Of a stretch of 64,000 bases of DNA, positions 35,122 through 48,724 are shown piece after piece. The position numbers and the translations under genes were made by a program. Below the pieces are notes generated by a model. It was given only the letters and a program-made list of their open reading frames with translations. It was not told the origin of the DNA and ran no database searches. The stretch is taken from contig JBLWGC010000136.1 in NCBI GenBank assembly GCA_048772705.1, forward strand, positions 56,123 to 120,122, given 5' to 3'. Within the stretch, counting starts at the first letter, position 1. Each line of letters starts with the position of its first letter. This stretch comes from Leidyana gryllorum EB-2025a (lineage: Eukaryota; Protista; Apicomplexa).

Positions 35122-37934
35122 TTACTGAGTTTCCGTCGGGGACTGGATACAAATGACTGGTAGTGACGAGTCCGTCTGCTGCTTACCGTCGAAGGCAGCT
35201 AAGGGGAGAGCGGTCGGTCTCTTGCGAACATCACTTGGGAGAGGCTGAATCAAGTCCAATTGGAGCCCTTCAGGCTTCGTGTACCCTTGTGGGAGAGTGT
35301 AGCAACCCACTTCCGCAGGTACAGTCTTCAGTCCCAACTTGGCTAGTAACTGCTCGCGTCGTCTGAAAGGTCGCCTCAACCGCGCCGCCTCCCACAAGCT
35401 CCATATGTAGACCTTCCCATCATGTCCAGCACAGATTACATACCGATTGGTCGGGCTGGAAGTGGGCTCGCAGCTTGGTGTCACGGAACTTACTCCATAA
35501 ATGCTTTCAAACGAATTGATGCACCTTTGAATTTCAATGAGCGGGAGGGATCTTCAATGGGGACCACTCGAATGCGGTCATCTCGCGTGGTAACCACCAG
35601 GAATTCATTGTATTTTCCACCCCAATCGATTCCTGTTACCTGATTTACCACAATGTGGGACAACGTTTCGGTCTCGGCTAACCTTCTGGCCTCGTGAGTG
35701 CTTCCCTCGTCGGTTTCGGCAATCGGTCGTCAAGATCTGACGTCCATCAGCTAAAGAAAGGACCATAACTCTCCCATACTCTGTGCCATAAGCAACTTTG
35801 GTTCCGCTGACGCGCAATATTGAACACTGAGACTGTTAGACCTCACTCTGGGCTGACAGACATTGAGGTCACGGCATCTGGTATAACAATCGATGACTCC
35901 ACTTCAAAGCTGACCATCGGGATGTTGCTGGATGGCTGCGAGCGTTGATCGTTTTTCGGCCCTTACATACCTGCGTATGCACTTTCCAAAATGTGGAGGG
36001 AGAAGGGTTCAATGTCAATGTTTGAGAGGCGCCATCCAATGTACACATGACAATCTTCTGGGCACGACAGATATGCTGTAACAATGGATGCTCTTACTTC
36101 GTCAGATGCTGGATGCGCAAATGACAGACCAATGGGTAATTGTACACATCTAACTATCGCGAGAGTTGTATCGTAGTTCATAGACCAAAGTCGCACAGTC
36201 TTATCGAAGGCCACAGATATCAAAACATCAGTCTGCATGGAATGACAATGGATCGGAAGTTCACTCACATCAGGAACAGGCGACCATTGCAGCGCCATCA
36301 CACCCCCAGTGTGTCCGACAAAAAGAATATGTCGCTGGAGTAACTTGCCTGTTCCATGGCATAACCTCCACACATGTATAGTACCGCGCCGCGTCCCCGC
36401 CGCTAGATATTGACCGTTAGCCGAGAGAGCTAGAGACCAGACATGTCCTCGATGAGTCAAAGTGGGACGAAGGGACGTCTGCGTCCCGCCCTCGGCCCCC
36501 CCATCCCTTAGCAACCATTTACTCATACTCGGATGCCCGGGGAGAGGTGTAATATTGGAAGGCCACTCTTTCGCCATCGGCCAAACACTATCGCCATCCA
36601 TCAACCATACTCTCTCGAAGCCTTTGGGGCGATGATATAGCACGCACTTCTCGGTGGCAATATCAGCATGACTCTCGCTGCAACTACCCGAACGCACGGA
36701 GGCAGCACTGACTATCGATGCATGGGTGGATAAAACTCCTCCCGAGTGACTCAAAATCTGATCATCGGGTTGAACAGATCTAGTGCGACGGGCTCCAAGA
36801 ACCCTAATTGCAACCTCTCGTAAGTTTTCGGCACCCAGCTGCTCGCAGGTAGACGAGGGGTTGGTTTCAACGAGCACTGGAGAAGGATCTGATGTCGGGA
36901 ATGATGTTGAGAGTCCAAACTCCGTGGTTACCATCGAGATTTGAGTCACCGCCACAAAGAAGCAGGCGCCTGCCGAAATGCCGACGTCTCCGACCATGAG
37001 TGGGTACCCGCCCCTGTGACCCATCGCTGCATTGTTTCGAGGAGCTTGAATGGCTCATGGACATTTGCAGACGAGTCACTCGTTCATCTAGCATCTCGCG
37101 GAATTGATCGCGATGTGCATCGGTATCATCAAGGGTACCGGATGATGTATCCGAGGACGTAGAGGTTACCTGAACGGCGGCAGCAGGGCCGGGCGGAGGA
37201 CACACATTATGGGGGTGCACAGAATCCGCATCAGTTGAGGGCTTGAGGAGGTCACCAGTTAGCGAGACATCCGCTCCGCTAATTGAGTCAGGCTCCTCCA
37301 TGACCGTTTCCATGCGAATTGGAAGTCTAGAGTGTGCCAAATTCATTATAAGATAGGCTTGATAGTCTTCTGCAGTCATTTGATTGTCCTCATCATGTAC
37401 CGTGCGCTCCTCGACAGCAAGCAGGAGCTCCGTTTCTCCGTCTTCATAATTCATCAAGTCATCCTCAATCGCACAGTCAGACGGTAAAGCTGCATTCTGA
37501 TCCGAATTGAATACGCATGCCGGATTGCGGGAATGCCGCTGCCTTGTATCCTCACTTGACTCGTCATTTTCAGCACAGACTCGAAGTTGATCAGAGACCA
37601 AGTATGTATTCTCAAGTTGAATTGCCATCGTTCTGGTGCCATCAGGACATTGGAAGTTGTCCGCTTGCGCGCCATTTTGGCGAGGCGTTGGGACCGGTGA
37701 AGCTTGAGGCAGCAGAATCTCTGATGCTGACCTCGTTACCGCGCGAAAGAGGAGGGGTGACGATCCAGTGCTCAAAGGGCCAGTGGGCTCCAGTGCCACA
37801 TTTTGGATACTCTCTCCTCGCACAGCCCCTACCAGTGCGCGATTTGCGCACGGACATATGGGGCTGGAGAGACTACTCTCGCCTCCTTCAACGGGCGTGA
37901 CTGAAGAGGTGTCTTCCGGTAGATAATCCCCCAT
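35122..37934 (-). CDS. WD40-repeat protein, WDR44-like, with disordered N-terminus
   Basis: HRGHVWSLALSANGQYLAAG, GHTGGVMALQWS, SVAFDKTVRLW, CRNRRGKHSRGQKV, TTRDDRIR, CAGHDGKVYIW. Multi-exon. Confidence 0.8.
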
Positions 37935-38199
37935 CAAAAGCGCATTCGATTCGCCTGAAGACTCAAATGTGGCTTCTCAGTAGATTTTCTCAGATCTAGG
38001 TTTGTCAAGTCGGGGCAAGCTTGCCACCCCTTATCGCACCCCCTTCCGAAAATGCCCTCGTGGCTCGTGTGAACAAAAAATCACTTTGGTACAGAGTTGA
38101 CTCCGATCTGACACGATCTGCTGAGACTGTGCTGTGTCGCAGCCTGTCGTGATTGAAGTGCAGTGCTGACGGATGTGGTGCTGATAGGTACGACCGATC

Positions 38200-39232
38200 T
38201 TAGCCAAATGTGTGTGTGGCTGATGTGTGCTGAGGATGATCGGCAAGGATGACGTCTGCACTATTGTTGATTGGGGGAGACTTGTGGGGGGTTGACGGTT
38301 TGAGACTGAGGTGATTGGATTTGGTGGGCGAACGCTCTTTTCCTTTGCCACCCTTTTTCTTCTTTTGTTGTGCCATGAGTGCTTCCTGAATCAAGCTTTG
38401 GATTCGTTCCATCTCATCTACAACTTGCTTGCGTACGACCAGTGAGGGGTCGCTCTTCACTTGGGCTTGGTAAAAGTCCCACGACATTTCGGGTCCACCA
38501 GCCACCTCTTTGAGATTGGACAACGAGTTTACCCGATCGAGTATCTGTTGCCGCCCCTCAACGAATGGTACAGCGGACTCCTCTTGGCCACTCTGAGCAT
38601 AAGCCCAATTGAATACTGGCGAACCCGCTTTCAAATCATTGAAAGTTTGAGCCTCCAATGCGCTGTTGAAACAGTAAGTAAGACCAGTCCACTTGCGATC
38701 TTTTGTCACGAAAGCACAGCTATCTGGGGCTTGCGCATCCCCCTTCGTGCTGGAAATAGCCACAGGCGCCCGATACTCCTCGCGCGGTATCCCTTCAACA
38801 TCCTTGGCGTTGTAGAGGCGCCATCCAAAGTGCTCTGCTCCGATGTGAATCCAAGTCGTCTATTTATGTCTTACCCGAAGGCACACAAGTCCAGTCTGTG
38901 AGGGATGGGGTCCACCAGCAGTCTGGAGTCTTCAGATATGGTGGTTGAGGATCGTCTAGTGACGCTTCTCCACGGTCGATTAGTAATTGCTCGGGTAGAT
39001 CCGGTATACCCTCCTTCGCAACAGCCACAGCACGTGGTTGTGTAGATTGAATGTATTGGCTGCGGCCTCCAACATCTCGAACGTTATACAGGGGAAATTG
39101 GCGACTGTCACCGGTCACCACCACGCCCCGTTGTACTGTGACACGAGGGTTGCCATACACCCTTTTTGACGTCACAACCTGTCGTGGTGTCACAGGTAGG
39201 ATAAGGATTGACATACAGAACACACTCAACAT
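38200..39232 (-). CDS. Hypothetical protein, possible signal peptide
   Basis: ORFs 38864..39241 and 38200..38763 separated by an intron-like gap. Hydrophobic N-terminus MLSVFCMSILILP. Confidence 0.5.
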
Positions 39233-39261
39233 AGCTGCCACACGTGTTTGCTAGGAGCGAA

Positions 39262-41684
39262 ATGGAACGTACAAGGACTACTAGACTCAAATACCTGCAT
39301 GCCTTCCCAGGCGACAAAGTTTGGCCAGTCGCACACTCTTTCGAGTGTTATGCCGATGCTGGAAACAGTGCCACTACCCCCAGGCCGGGGAAACCGCCAT
39401 AATCCTAGATTGGGAGACACCCTTTTACTACGTCGATGGGCGGAAGCGCCAGCACCTCGTTCACGGGGTGTTCAACGGGCTAAGACTTCTTCTGCTGTCC
39501 CTGTGCAACGCTTCGTTGATGCTCGTCTCGCAATGGCTCCTGAGTGTGCACATATGGGCCCTGCCACTGCGTCGGCCACGCTCTCTCTCATCAATCCACT
39601 ACCGGCAGCCCAAACGAAGTCAAATACTGGGTCAAAAGGCTTCGTGCCGCTTGGGGGTGGTGATGGATGGCATGGGAGGATAGTTGAGGGTACGTCGCTA
39701 CGCAACAGGTTCTCCTTGGGACCTTCTTGGCCCGCCACCCCTCTGCCCGTAAGCTCCGGCTACCTATTTGGATGAGACTGATAGGTTTAAGGTATATGAT
39801 GCTGATCATCGATTGGACATCAAGAGAGAAGGGCTCATTGAGACAAATCGGGAAGGTACGATCATGAAGATGGTACATGGTAGTCGTGCGGAAGCCACCA
39901 CCAGTGCGCTGTCTAATGCATTTACTCGCTCCGCCTCCCCCACAGCCACGGTAGGTTGCCCTGAACAACCGTCAGCAACGGCCGCCTCATACTCAAGTCC
40001 GCGGCACGCTCTTCAAGACGTTGGGTTACCGTCAGCTCGTGGGGACCATCAAAGGTCGACTTCTCCGGACAATCCGCTGTCGTTGCTACACCGTCCGGGA
40101 GTACGCTCCCAACGAGATTCTGGGGGCAGTGGAGAGTGTGTTGGGGAAACATCAACAGATTCCACCATAGCAACAACAGCCGGGCGAAGTGGCGAAATTG
40201 CTCACCACAAGCTGCAGGAGATATCTGACAGGCTTGAAGGTGTAAAAGGCCAAGCCTCGCTGGGTGACAGGCCACATAGACGTCCCTTTTCCAGCGCTGC
40301 GTCATCTCCAGGGATGACTCGCAGGTCTTTATTGAGCCAAGAGGCAATGCGTCGAGTTCAATCCTCCGGAGGAAGTAATGTTCGTTCTAATGTCGTAGCC
40401 GCCCAGTCGCATTTGCAATCACCCATGGGAGGAGAGGAAGTGCATCGTGTCGCGCCTCCTCCACACGCGTATTTGCACGTCCGCGAGGTATTGTAGTGTT
40501 ACGAGAGGGCTTTCCGTATGTCCCCGTAGGTGACGCGTCTACCCCCCCAGATGGTGCGGTCTGGTGGTCAGGAGAGCGAGTCTCAGATGCCTGGGACCAT
40601 ATCGCCTTCACTGGTGCGAGCCTCAGTAGACCCACAACCTCCTGTTTCACCTTACGATACGTCTGTCACCCCACCTGCTGTACTCCCCGTGGTTCCTGCG
40701 CTTCGTCGTTCGCCTCTGGAAGCGGCCTATGTGCACACTTCCAATGCGTTTCCTCGAATCCAGTCGCACGAAATTATTGGAGTGCGGCGAGACCGACGAC
40801 TTCGTGGTCTGCGATCGAGCGGGCGCATCGAAGAGACCGTTGCGGTCAGTCAAGCAGGAGTCATTCGAAGCAGCACGCTGTCGCGACCTGACACGCGGGA
40901 ACGAAGATCTAATCCCAACCATAACCGTGAAGGTACTGAGAAGTACGATGCTGTGCCCCAATACTCCTCAGAGCCTTTCTCGACCGGGCAGATAATGTCC
41001 ATCACCAGCCTCCTGGGGACCATCGAACACGGAGTGAGTCCGTAACAGCTCAAACTCATGCGTCTCAGTCGTCCATAAAAGCAGGGATTGATGAAAAAGT
41101 CCTAGCCTTGCTGCCCATCTCTAAATTCGACGCTAGTAAAAGTGAGTGTATTGCTTCGCCTCGCAAAGCTTTCACAGAGGACAAGCTATCTGGCGATCAT
41201 TTACAATGCATGGTGTGTCTGATGGACTTTTGGGACGGCGACAATCTCCGGTGGTTGCCGTGCTTGCACCACTTCCACGCTGACTGCATAGATACATGGC
41301 TGCGCAAGTGAGCTTCATTGAAGTGTTCCCACATTGAGATCTTTTAGGTCTGCGAGAACTTGCCCAATATGCAAATGTGACGTTGAGAAGTCACAGTCTC
41401 CCTCAGACGCGAGACAACAGGAAGATTGTCAGGCACTCATGAACGCTGGCACCACGGAGCCGAGGATTTTCATGCACCACACCCCCCAGGCCTTGGGCGC
41501 GACTCCTCGTATTCTGTACTCCGTAGGAGTGGAGGGTGTGGGGTCCCATCGGCGCTCGATGCAACCCAGCACTTTTGTTGGTATTCCCACCAGGGGCGAT
41601 CATTATTCACGCATCCGACACAGACCGCGCCCTATTCAAGGATCGCCTCGAGTATCGAACGAAGGCAGGATGCGAGCTCTCTAA
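39262..41684 (+). CDS. RING-H2 E3 ubiquitin ligase with long disordered N-terminus
   Basis: CMVCLMDFWDGDNLRWLPCLHHFHADCIDTWLRK|SARTCPICK across an intron. 5' exon structure uncertain. Confidence 0.85.
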
Positions 41685-41799
41685 CAATTGGAGGAATCCT
41701 GAGTTGAGGACCGCTCGAGCAAGTGTCCTTGACAACTCAAAATGAGCTATCACACCTTCCCAAGCTTATTGTGCTGGTTTGGCACCAATTAGCGGTATC

Positions 41800-43541
41800 A
41801 ACAATGTGTATCTTTTGTATATCACAGCTCATTGAGTCGCTCCGAACTCCTCTTGGGTGGTCCACTAACGTGTTGTGTGAGTATCATCACAAGCATAAAA
41901 TTCGCACACTGCAAGTACTCTGATCCAGAGTACTGCGGCTAACACCTTTGAGAAAACTCGCAATCGACAGGTCTTCGTTCTGATTGGAATTTGCAAATGC
42001 CACAAATGTACGTAACAGGTCGGTGTGAGGCCAAAAAGCTGTCACCTCAACATCAATGTGAGCTTCGCCTTGCTGCTCGCATGTCACAGGAAGGATGCCG
42101 GCTGGCATGTCCACGTCATTGTCGACCTCATGAAAACTCATCTAAAAGACATGGCAGTATCTATTGTGTGGGGACTCACGTAAAGCGGTGATCCTCTGAG
42201 CTGCTGCTGCTCTATTTGCATCGCTTCAACAAGTCTGTCGAATGTGTGAGTGTATCCGGGGTCCAGGTAAGCTTTCAGTCGAGAGATGTTGTCCCGTGGC
42301 CGAGGATGGAGTTCGGCTATAGAAACGAGTTCTGAAAGTACCCCAACGACCCCACTCAACCACCGTCTGTGTAGCGGAAGTATCTCGAGAGGTCCGTCAC
42401 GGCTCAACTGGTTAGATCTGCCTTTGGGAATGACGTATTCGTACGATTCTGCCACCAGCCGATAAGAGCTACTCAGTTCATATTTGCTGCGAGCCACCTT
42501 GCCGTGCATCGCCAAAAGATCACTTTCCGAAATGCCGTCTTCCACACGTGAGGTAATCAGAGGCATGAACTGGATCAGGAAGGTGTCAGACAAAGTAGTC
42601 TGTTGGTTTAAGTCACTGACAGAATTATCATGAGAGCGTATTTGACTCACTTTGGATCACCAACACGGAATGATTCCATTGGGGAAGGAGGAGGCCGATA
42701 CTTGCCGATCTTTGTCACCGCGAAACATTGGAATTCTCCCAAAGTCCCCATGAGGAATTGACTCATTGACCGGGGTACCGAGGGAACGATATCCGTTTTG
42801 TGTAATGCAGGGCGCAGTAGTGATGGAAGATTGTAGTCCACGATTCTTGCGGGGACTGGTGTCACCCTTGATGGTGTTGCCATCAGATCATGTCGTACCG
42901 CTGCCGCAGGTTCACGCGTATGTACGGGTTGACTTTCTTTGTACCAGCTACCAGCTTCGCTGTCATCTGAGTCGCCATCCTCTGCAGCCTTCGGTGCTGA
43001 GGACAACCGTTGAGTTACTGATGGGTATAGACTCACTGCACACTCCCATGGACTCTTGAGTGACCACTGATCGAACGGTGCCCCAGATTGTCCGTCGGAC
43101 AACCTCATCAAGCGGGATGCTCACGCTTGCGGATTGCGAGGCACCCACCAAAGGTGCGAATTGTGGAAAGAAATTCTTGGACACATCGTTGTAGTTGCGC
43201 CCACGTCCCCGCTTGTCTCTCTCGGCGTTTTTTGAGCAAAATGCCTCGACATCTAAATCGAGACAGTCCTCATCCTTGAAGCACAACACTGGACTCGCCA
43301 GATTGAAGTCTTCGGGGTAATTTGGAGAGTTTTTGGCAAGTATTTCGAATGACTTACCTGTACGATCAACAGGGGTAGACGTATCAGCTGCATGACTTGT
43401 TCTCAAGATCTCGTCCTCAGCAGCTTTGAGAAATACAGCGATTGGGGACAATATGTCCTCCAAAGCGTTTGCGAGCACAGTTCGAGCTATATGATGGCTA
43501 CAGAGAGTGAGCAGGACGGATGTGGCACGAAAAAGGAACAT
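41800..43541 (-). CDS. Hypothetical multi-exon protein, possible signal peptide
   Basis: Consecutive minus-strand ORFs 42963..43559, 42647..43111, 42138..42650 and 41887..42141 with gtgag/gtaag donors. 3' end approximate. Confidence 0.45.
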
Positions 43542-43585
43542 GAGCAAGCCAGACGTCAATCGTCTGAGGTCTCCATATGGAAAAC

Positions 43586-44798
43586 TCAGACTTGAAAAGC
43601 GTCGTCCAAGTGCAGGCTCTCCAGAATAGTCTTGACGATCTCATCCTGATGCTGAAGAGAGTCTGAGTGGACCGCTTTGCGCTTATGTTCAGCTCGGCCT
43701 CCGCTACTCGCCATACGCGCATGACCTGTCTCATAAGCCACAAGAGGTTTCATGACGGATGACTCGTATGGGAGGAAGGCAGGAAGCACGGGATGTTGCG
43801 GTTTGGGGAAAGCTGACTCCTCTAGGCTACTTAAGTCCTGATGAAGTGTTTCTGCCGGCACGGTGGATGCCCATGGAAAGATTGAGGCCGCTAGGGAGTT
43901 CAAGAGTATCGATTCTAGCTCATGTCCTTTTGTCGAGGACGTTGATTGTGTTCCACGTGAATCTTCCTCCGGATCTGCCAAATGCTCACCAACATTGGCA
44001 TTCAAGTAGTTTTCACATTGCACCATACATAAAGGAGGCGATGCTGAATGGTCTAAGGCTGTGCTCATGAAATCCCATCCGTGGAATTGCGAAGTACTTT
44101 GTTCATTCTTGAAAGACTTCGTGGTTGGATCGGGCAGAGCAATTGAGCTAAGAGCTGTGGCACGGTCGAGAGAGAAGGGCATCGAGCACTGTCTGGTGTC
44201 ATGAGGCCCGCCACTGCACACCTGCGAAGCTGTGGACGATGGGCTCATGGTCTGGCTGTGGTCCGTGGTAATCGCGAGTGAATTGGAGGAGGCTTTCATG
44301 CGTTGAGCGCAAGCATCCAGCAAGAGCCGTTCACGTTTTTCCCAATTGCTCAAACGGTATTTACGCGTCCTCAGTTCGGCCTGTCCATGGGCATGTCGGC
44401 AAAGTGAGCCTGATGGACACGTGGCCCCTTTGAGCCAGTACTTGCACAATCGCGTCTGACGGAATCATGATACACCCTGATCCATGCATGATTCTCACTC
44501 ACCTTGTAGTAGTCATTAGTGGCCCGAAGCTCATGTTCGCCGTGCGCAAATGAGCACCCGGGGTCCGGGCATATGCCTTGTTTCCACAACTGACAAATCT
44601 TTGTCTTGTGAAGGGATACTCCGACACGCATTTCATCCTGGCTGTGCGCGAAGGTGCATTTGTCGCCTTTGGTACATCTATTTCTTAGGTAGAATGGACA
44701 CATTTTGATTCTGCCAAACATGTGCCACTTTATGGACAACCTCACCGATAAAATTGATCTTTCGGTAAATTTTCATCACCGTTGACCTCCTGATACAT
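43586..44798 (-). CDS. Triple CCCH zinc-finger protein
   Basis: MYQEVNGDENLPKDQFYR|IKMCPFY...CTKGDKCTFAH, KTKICQLW...CSFAHG, CKYW...CPSGSLCRHAHG. Confidence 0.9.
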
Positions 44799-44876
44799 TA
44801 ACTTATAAAAAGCAAAGCTTAACTTGAACAGCACTGGCGAGTGTCGGTGCGTGTGGGGGGGCGAGACACACGGAGA

Positions 44877-45841
44877 ATGATCGACCTCGACAGTGCGGTG
44901 TCATTTTACACTCCGGGAAGGGTGCGAGCGTATCTAAATGACAGCAACGCCTCCATTCAACAGAATATCTACAATCAAGGGCGAGCATGCCGGATGATGG
45001 GGGACAAGGTCAGATGCGATGCGCTAGTCACACTAGATTTAGGTTGCGGGTCTTGTTTTGCTGGACAGCTTGCTTCTGATGGTTTCAGGGTGGGCCTTGA
45101 TGTTTGTCAAGATATGCTGCAATGCGGTTACCGAGACGCGATGCCGGCTACGAATATGTTGGACTTCATTCGAGCAGATATGCAAGCCCCCCTTCCGCTT
45201 CGGGACCGGGTCATAGATGCCATCGAATCTGTGTCTGCTCTGCAATGGCTGCAAGAGGATGGGGTTCGGGCCCTGAGTTCGCAATGTAAGCGCGTTATCA
45301 CCAACACCAGTCTGCAAGGCAAGTTCTGGGCGCAGTACTACCCCATTGAAGAAAGCCAACAACTGCTTTTGGATAAATACTTTCATCCCTATCGAAGCCT
45401 ATTCGTAAGATATGATGGGACAAGCTCTTCAGATCCCACTTGCAGGTGCACGCCACACACAACCGAAAGGTACAGCGTGTTATTCTCCTGGATGTCCCGA
45501 TATGGCGCACGATGGTGTGCAGCTTGAGCAAAAGATGGCATATGTCCTGCTTGATTAGTTGCATGAGTCCTGAATTGTTGCAAAGTCTCCACTCAGAGTC
45601 AGCAATTGAGCATGAATTGGACGTCCACTATGACGCTCTCGCGACTGCCGCACGCCGGCATCGCTTCGCAAGATCGGGCGAGAGCGATGACAACTTCATT
45701 GCCTTGTGGGTGGAGCTAGTGCTCGATGATGTTGATGAAGGCTGGCGCGCTCGGCGTCATCTCGACATCAAGATGAGATTAAAGGTGATCATAGGCCATA
45801 TCAGGCTTGCTGGATTTTTCCATACTTCCGATCAACACTAG
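44877..45841 (+). CDS. BUD23/WBSCR22-like SAM-dependent methyltransferase
   Basis: FY...AY...IQQ, LDLGCGS, GLDV..DML, ADM..PLP.R..ID..SVSALQWL, AQYYP. An intron near 45405-45445 joins ORF 45440..45841. Confidence 0.7.
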
Positions 45842-45864
45842 GTTGACGGGTAACTAAGAAAATC

Positions 45865-46818
45865 CTAAAAGTCGTCTGACGGATGACCAGCCAGCAGAAT
45901 CCACATAGTTACAAAGATGCCGACGCACAGGAATGCCACACTGAGCATCTGCGACAGCTGCTCGTCGTTCATCGCAGTTCTCCGTGTCTGAAAGAGGTAG
46001 CCTCCGCACGAGTCGATTCACTCACAGCATCTGTACGACCAGGCGGATCCACGAATTGCCCTTGGCCAAATCTGTACATAGAGAAGCCGAAAGGGGAGAA
46101 GAAAAAGCCGCTCCCCCAGCCACCTGTCCAACCTGACGAAGCTGGCGGCTGCGAAAGATTTAGAGGGACATGCGGGGTAGCTTACCGCACCACGACTGGG
46201 TGCTGTACGCTCCCCCCGTGGACGATGGGGGAGCTCAGCATCGTCCTTGGTATTGCTCCTGTCAATTCTTGGAGTTAAGCCATTGCACTACGTACCTTGG
46301 GTCTGCGGTGCTGCCTTGCCCATAGATCGGGACCACACTTTCCTCCGTAACACCTGATTTGCAGACTGGGCATTCAAGGCAACCTCTCCGTAGCCAGGAG
46401 TGCAGGCACGGCCAGCAATACTAAGAAAGTATATAAGAAGTCCTTCTTCACCACCTACCAGATGGCCACATCTAGTAACTACAGGGTCTTTGGCTCCATC
46501 AAAACAAATGTTACAATCGTACTGCCCAGCTGTTGTGCCATCGTGGCGAGCTCCGCTGGGCGACGACTTGTCATTACCAGTCGGCGGGTCATCCTTGTTT
46601 TCCTCATGATCTCCTCGAGCACTTTTCTCCATGGTGATTTCAGACCCTGCGCTTCTGGAGTCAGCATCGTCCTTCGGACTTTGCTCTGTGCACTCATCAT
46701 TTGTCATTGTCCTGAGCTCTGTTCTGTCATTCACTGGTGGGTCGCGACTCGACCCTTCCTGGCTCCCCCCTCCCGTTGCTCTGGTCTTACTGTCGGTTTG
46801 AGCAGACTGCAGTTGCAT
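45865..46818 (-). CDS. RNF5/RNF185/RMA1-like C3HC4 RING E3 ligase with C-terminal TM
   Basis: YDCNICFDGAKDPVVTRCGHL|YCWPCLHSW...CPVCK..V....VVPIYG and a hydrophobic tail MLSVAFLCVGIFVTMWILL. Confidence 0.88.
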
Positions 46819-46907
46819 TACAGTAGCCCTGCTCTACATACACTTCGTCACCCAATTTTTTGGAACAGTGGTGATGACTGTAGTGCACCTTCAGAGCACA
46901 CGTGCCC

Positions 46908-47333
46908 ATGGTTTCGACCCGCAGTCGTTCAGGGCGAGCCTCGAAGGCTAGTCCAACTGAAGTTCCATCAAAAGCCTCCACTTCGCGGCCCGCGTCACGG
47001 GCGCCTGCCGCCCCACGCACTGCTCGAGCTAAAATAGTGAAAAGTCAGCCAAAACCTGCACGACCGGCACGCTTGCTGAGATCAAACTCTTCCTTGGAAC
47101 CAGACGCGAGTTTGGCAACCTTAGAAAGGAAGATCAAGCAGGCAAAGAACACCCGAAGACCCAAAGCGCGAGCGCCCAAGCCAAAACCAAAGCCAGTAGC
47201 TCGGAAGACGACACCATCGAAAGGAACCTCAACGTCAGCAATAAGCCCAACACGAAAGAGAAGCGACGAATCAGTTAAGGACGACACAAAATGGAATCGC
47301 CTGCTGGAATGGACAAGGTCCTTCTTGGGTTAA
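46908..47333 (+). CDS. Small basic (Lys/Arg/Ser/Pro-rich) hypothetical protein
   Basis: ATG at 46908, MVSTRSRSGR...; may have further exons. Confidence 0.45.
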   Translation: MVSTRSRSGRASKASPTEVPSKASTSRPASRAPAAPRTARAKIVKSQPKPARPARLLRSNSSLEPDASLATLERKIKQAKNTRRPKARAPKPKPKPVARKTTPSKGTSTSAISPTRKRSDESVKDDTKWNRLLEWTRSFLG

Positions 47334-47635
47334 TGGAAATTGTGTTTCCTTTTTGGGGTGCATTGGTGACATGAAGGGAGATGAGTATGACAGACAGGTT
47401 GGTCAGAAGAACACACTATGATTAAGAAAAAGACCTAGGCGCAGGAACCCGCCGAAGAGCCACTCTACCTCGATAAGCCAGTCCGAACTACATGCCCCCG
47501 CTGTCACAGATGTGTGGTAACGGAGGTCGGTGTTTGATGTAACCTTATTGTGTATATAATCCTCTCTCGAGGAGAACTTAGGTCGAGCAGCATCACAATT
47601 GGTTATCCCTCATATTACTTCCAATTGTGCTGTTC

Positions 47636-48724
47636 ATGGCGATCAATTTCTTTGCTGTTTGTATGTGGCCCTTTGTTGCCGGTTTCTTTAAGGTATGCAA
47701 GTATTGCGCTGTCCGAATGGCTCTCAGGACGCTGTGCACATGTGTCCTAGGTGTGGTGACCCGATTAAAAGAGCCAGCCGGTGTGAACGGCCCCGCGTTG
47801 ACAACCAGGTATTCAAAAGAGCCACAACTCAGCACAGCAGTTCTCAGATTATCACATGGAGATGGGGAAATTGTGCATGTGTGTGCCCGAAAGTGACGGT
47901 CTTTCTATTCTGTACCCTGATGGCGATTGTTTGCATGGCAGCATACGGACGTTGGTTCTTTCGTACGTATGGTTTGCCCGATGTTGAGAAAGGTATGTTA
48001 AGAGACGGTCGGAAGGGCTGATTACGATCACACAGGTCCGTTGATAAATGCGACTTGGGAAGACTTTTACGAGGACTGTGTATCACGCTCGTCTCTGAGC
48101 AATCCGCTGCATCGTCGGAAGCTATTTGACGATCGCTACTGGGCGAAAACTGTCACGTGGAGCGGTCGACTGAATGTGGTGCGCTCTCTCTTTTTTGGCA
48201 AAGGAACAGTCGGAATTAAGTAAGGACGGAGCACTGCGGTAAGCGACGCTATATTCAGCATGGAGCCCCGATCTCATACCGACCCACACAAACCCGATCT
48301 ATCCTTGATGTTTGACGAAGTCAAGATGGGCGACGCAGTGAGTCTAATTGGTCAAGGGGACGAAGTCAAATTTCAAGCCACTCTCCTGGATTTGGGGAAT
48401 CGAAGAGAAGACATCATAGGGTACTTATGGGGTATCAATTTCACCAGGTCCAGTCGAGAGTTGCCGGATATGTTTGAGGTGAGGATTATTCTCATTGGCG
48501 GTTTCCTCATCCGACCCCCTTAGTCTGGTGGATATAAGGTCTTGCAACGCGCTCCTATTGCACAAATCCCGCACCTCGCGAGAAAAGTGGTAGATGCGCG
48601 GAACGACTTCATATCGCAAAGAATTCAACAAAGCGATGACGCTCAACGTGGTTTTTATCTCGGAGATGACGTAGTTGGGGCGCCATTACATGTCAAGTTT
48701 CATGATGGGTCCCCAAAACTATGA
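47636..48724 (+). CDS. Membrane-anchored protein with wolframin-luminal-like/OB-fold domain
   Basis: TM VTVFLFCTLMAIVCMAAY, then ATWEDFYEDC...KTVTWSGRLNVVR...GDEVKFQATL. Multi-exon. Confidence 0.45.
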
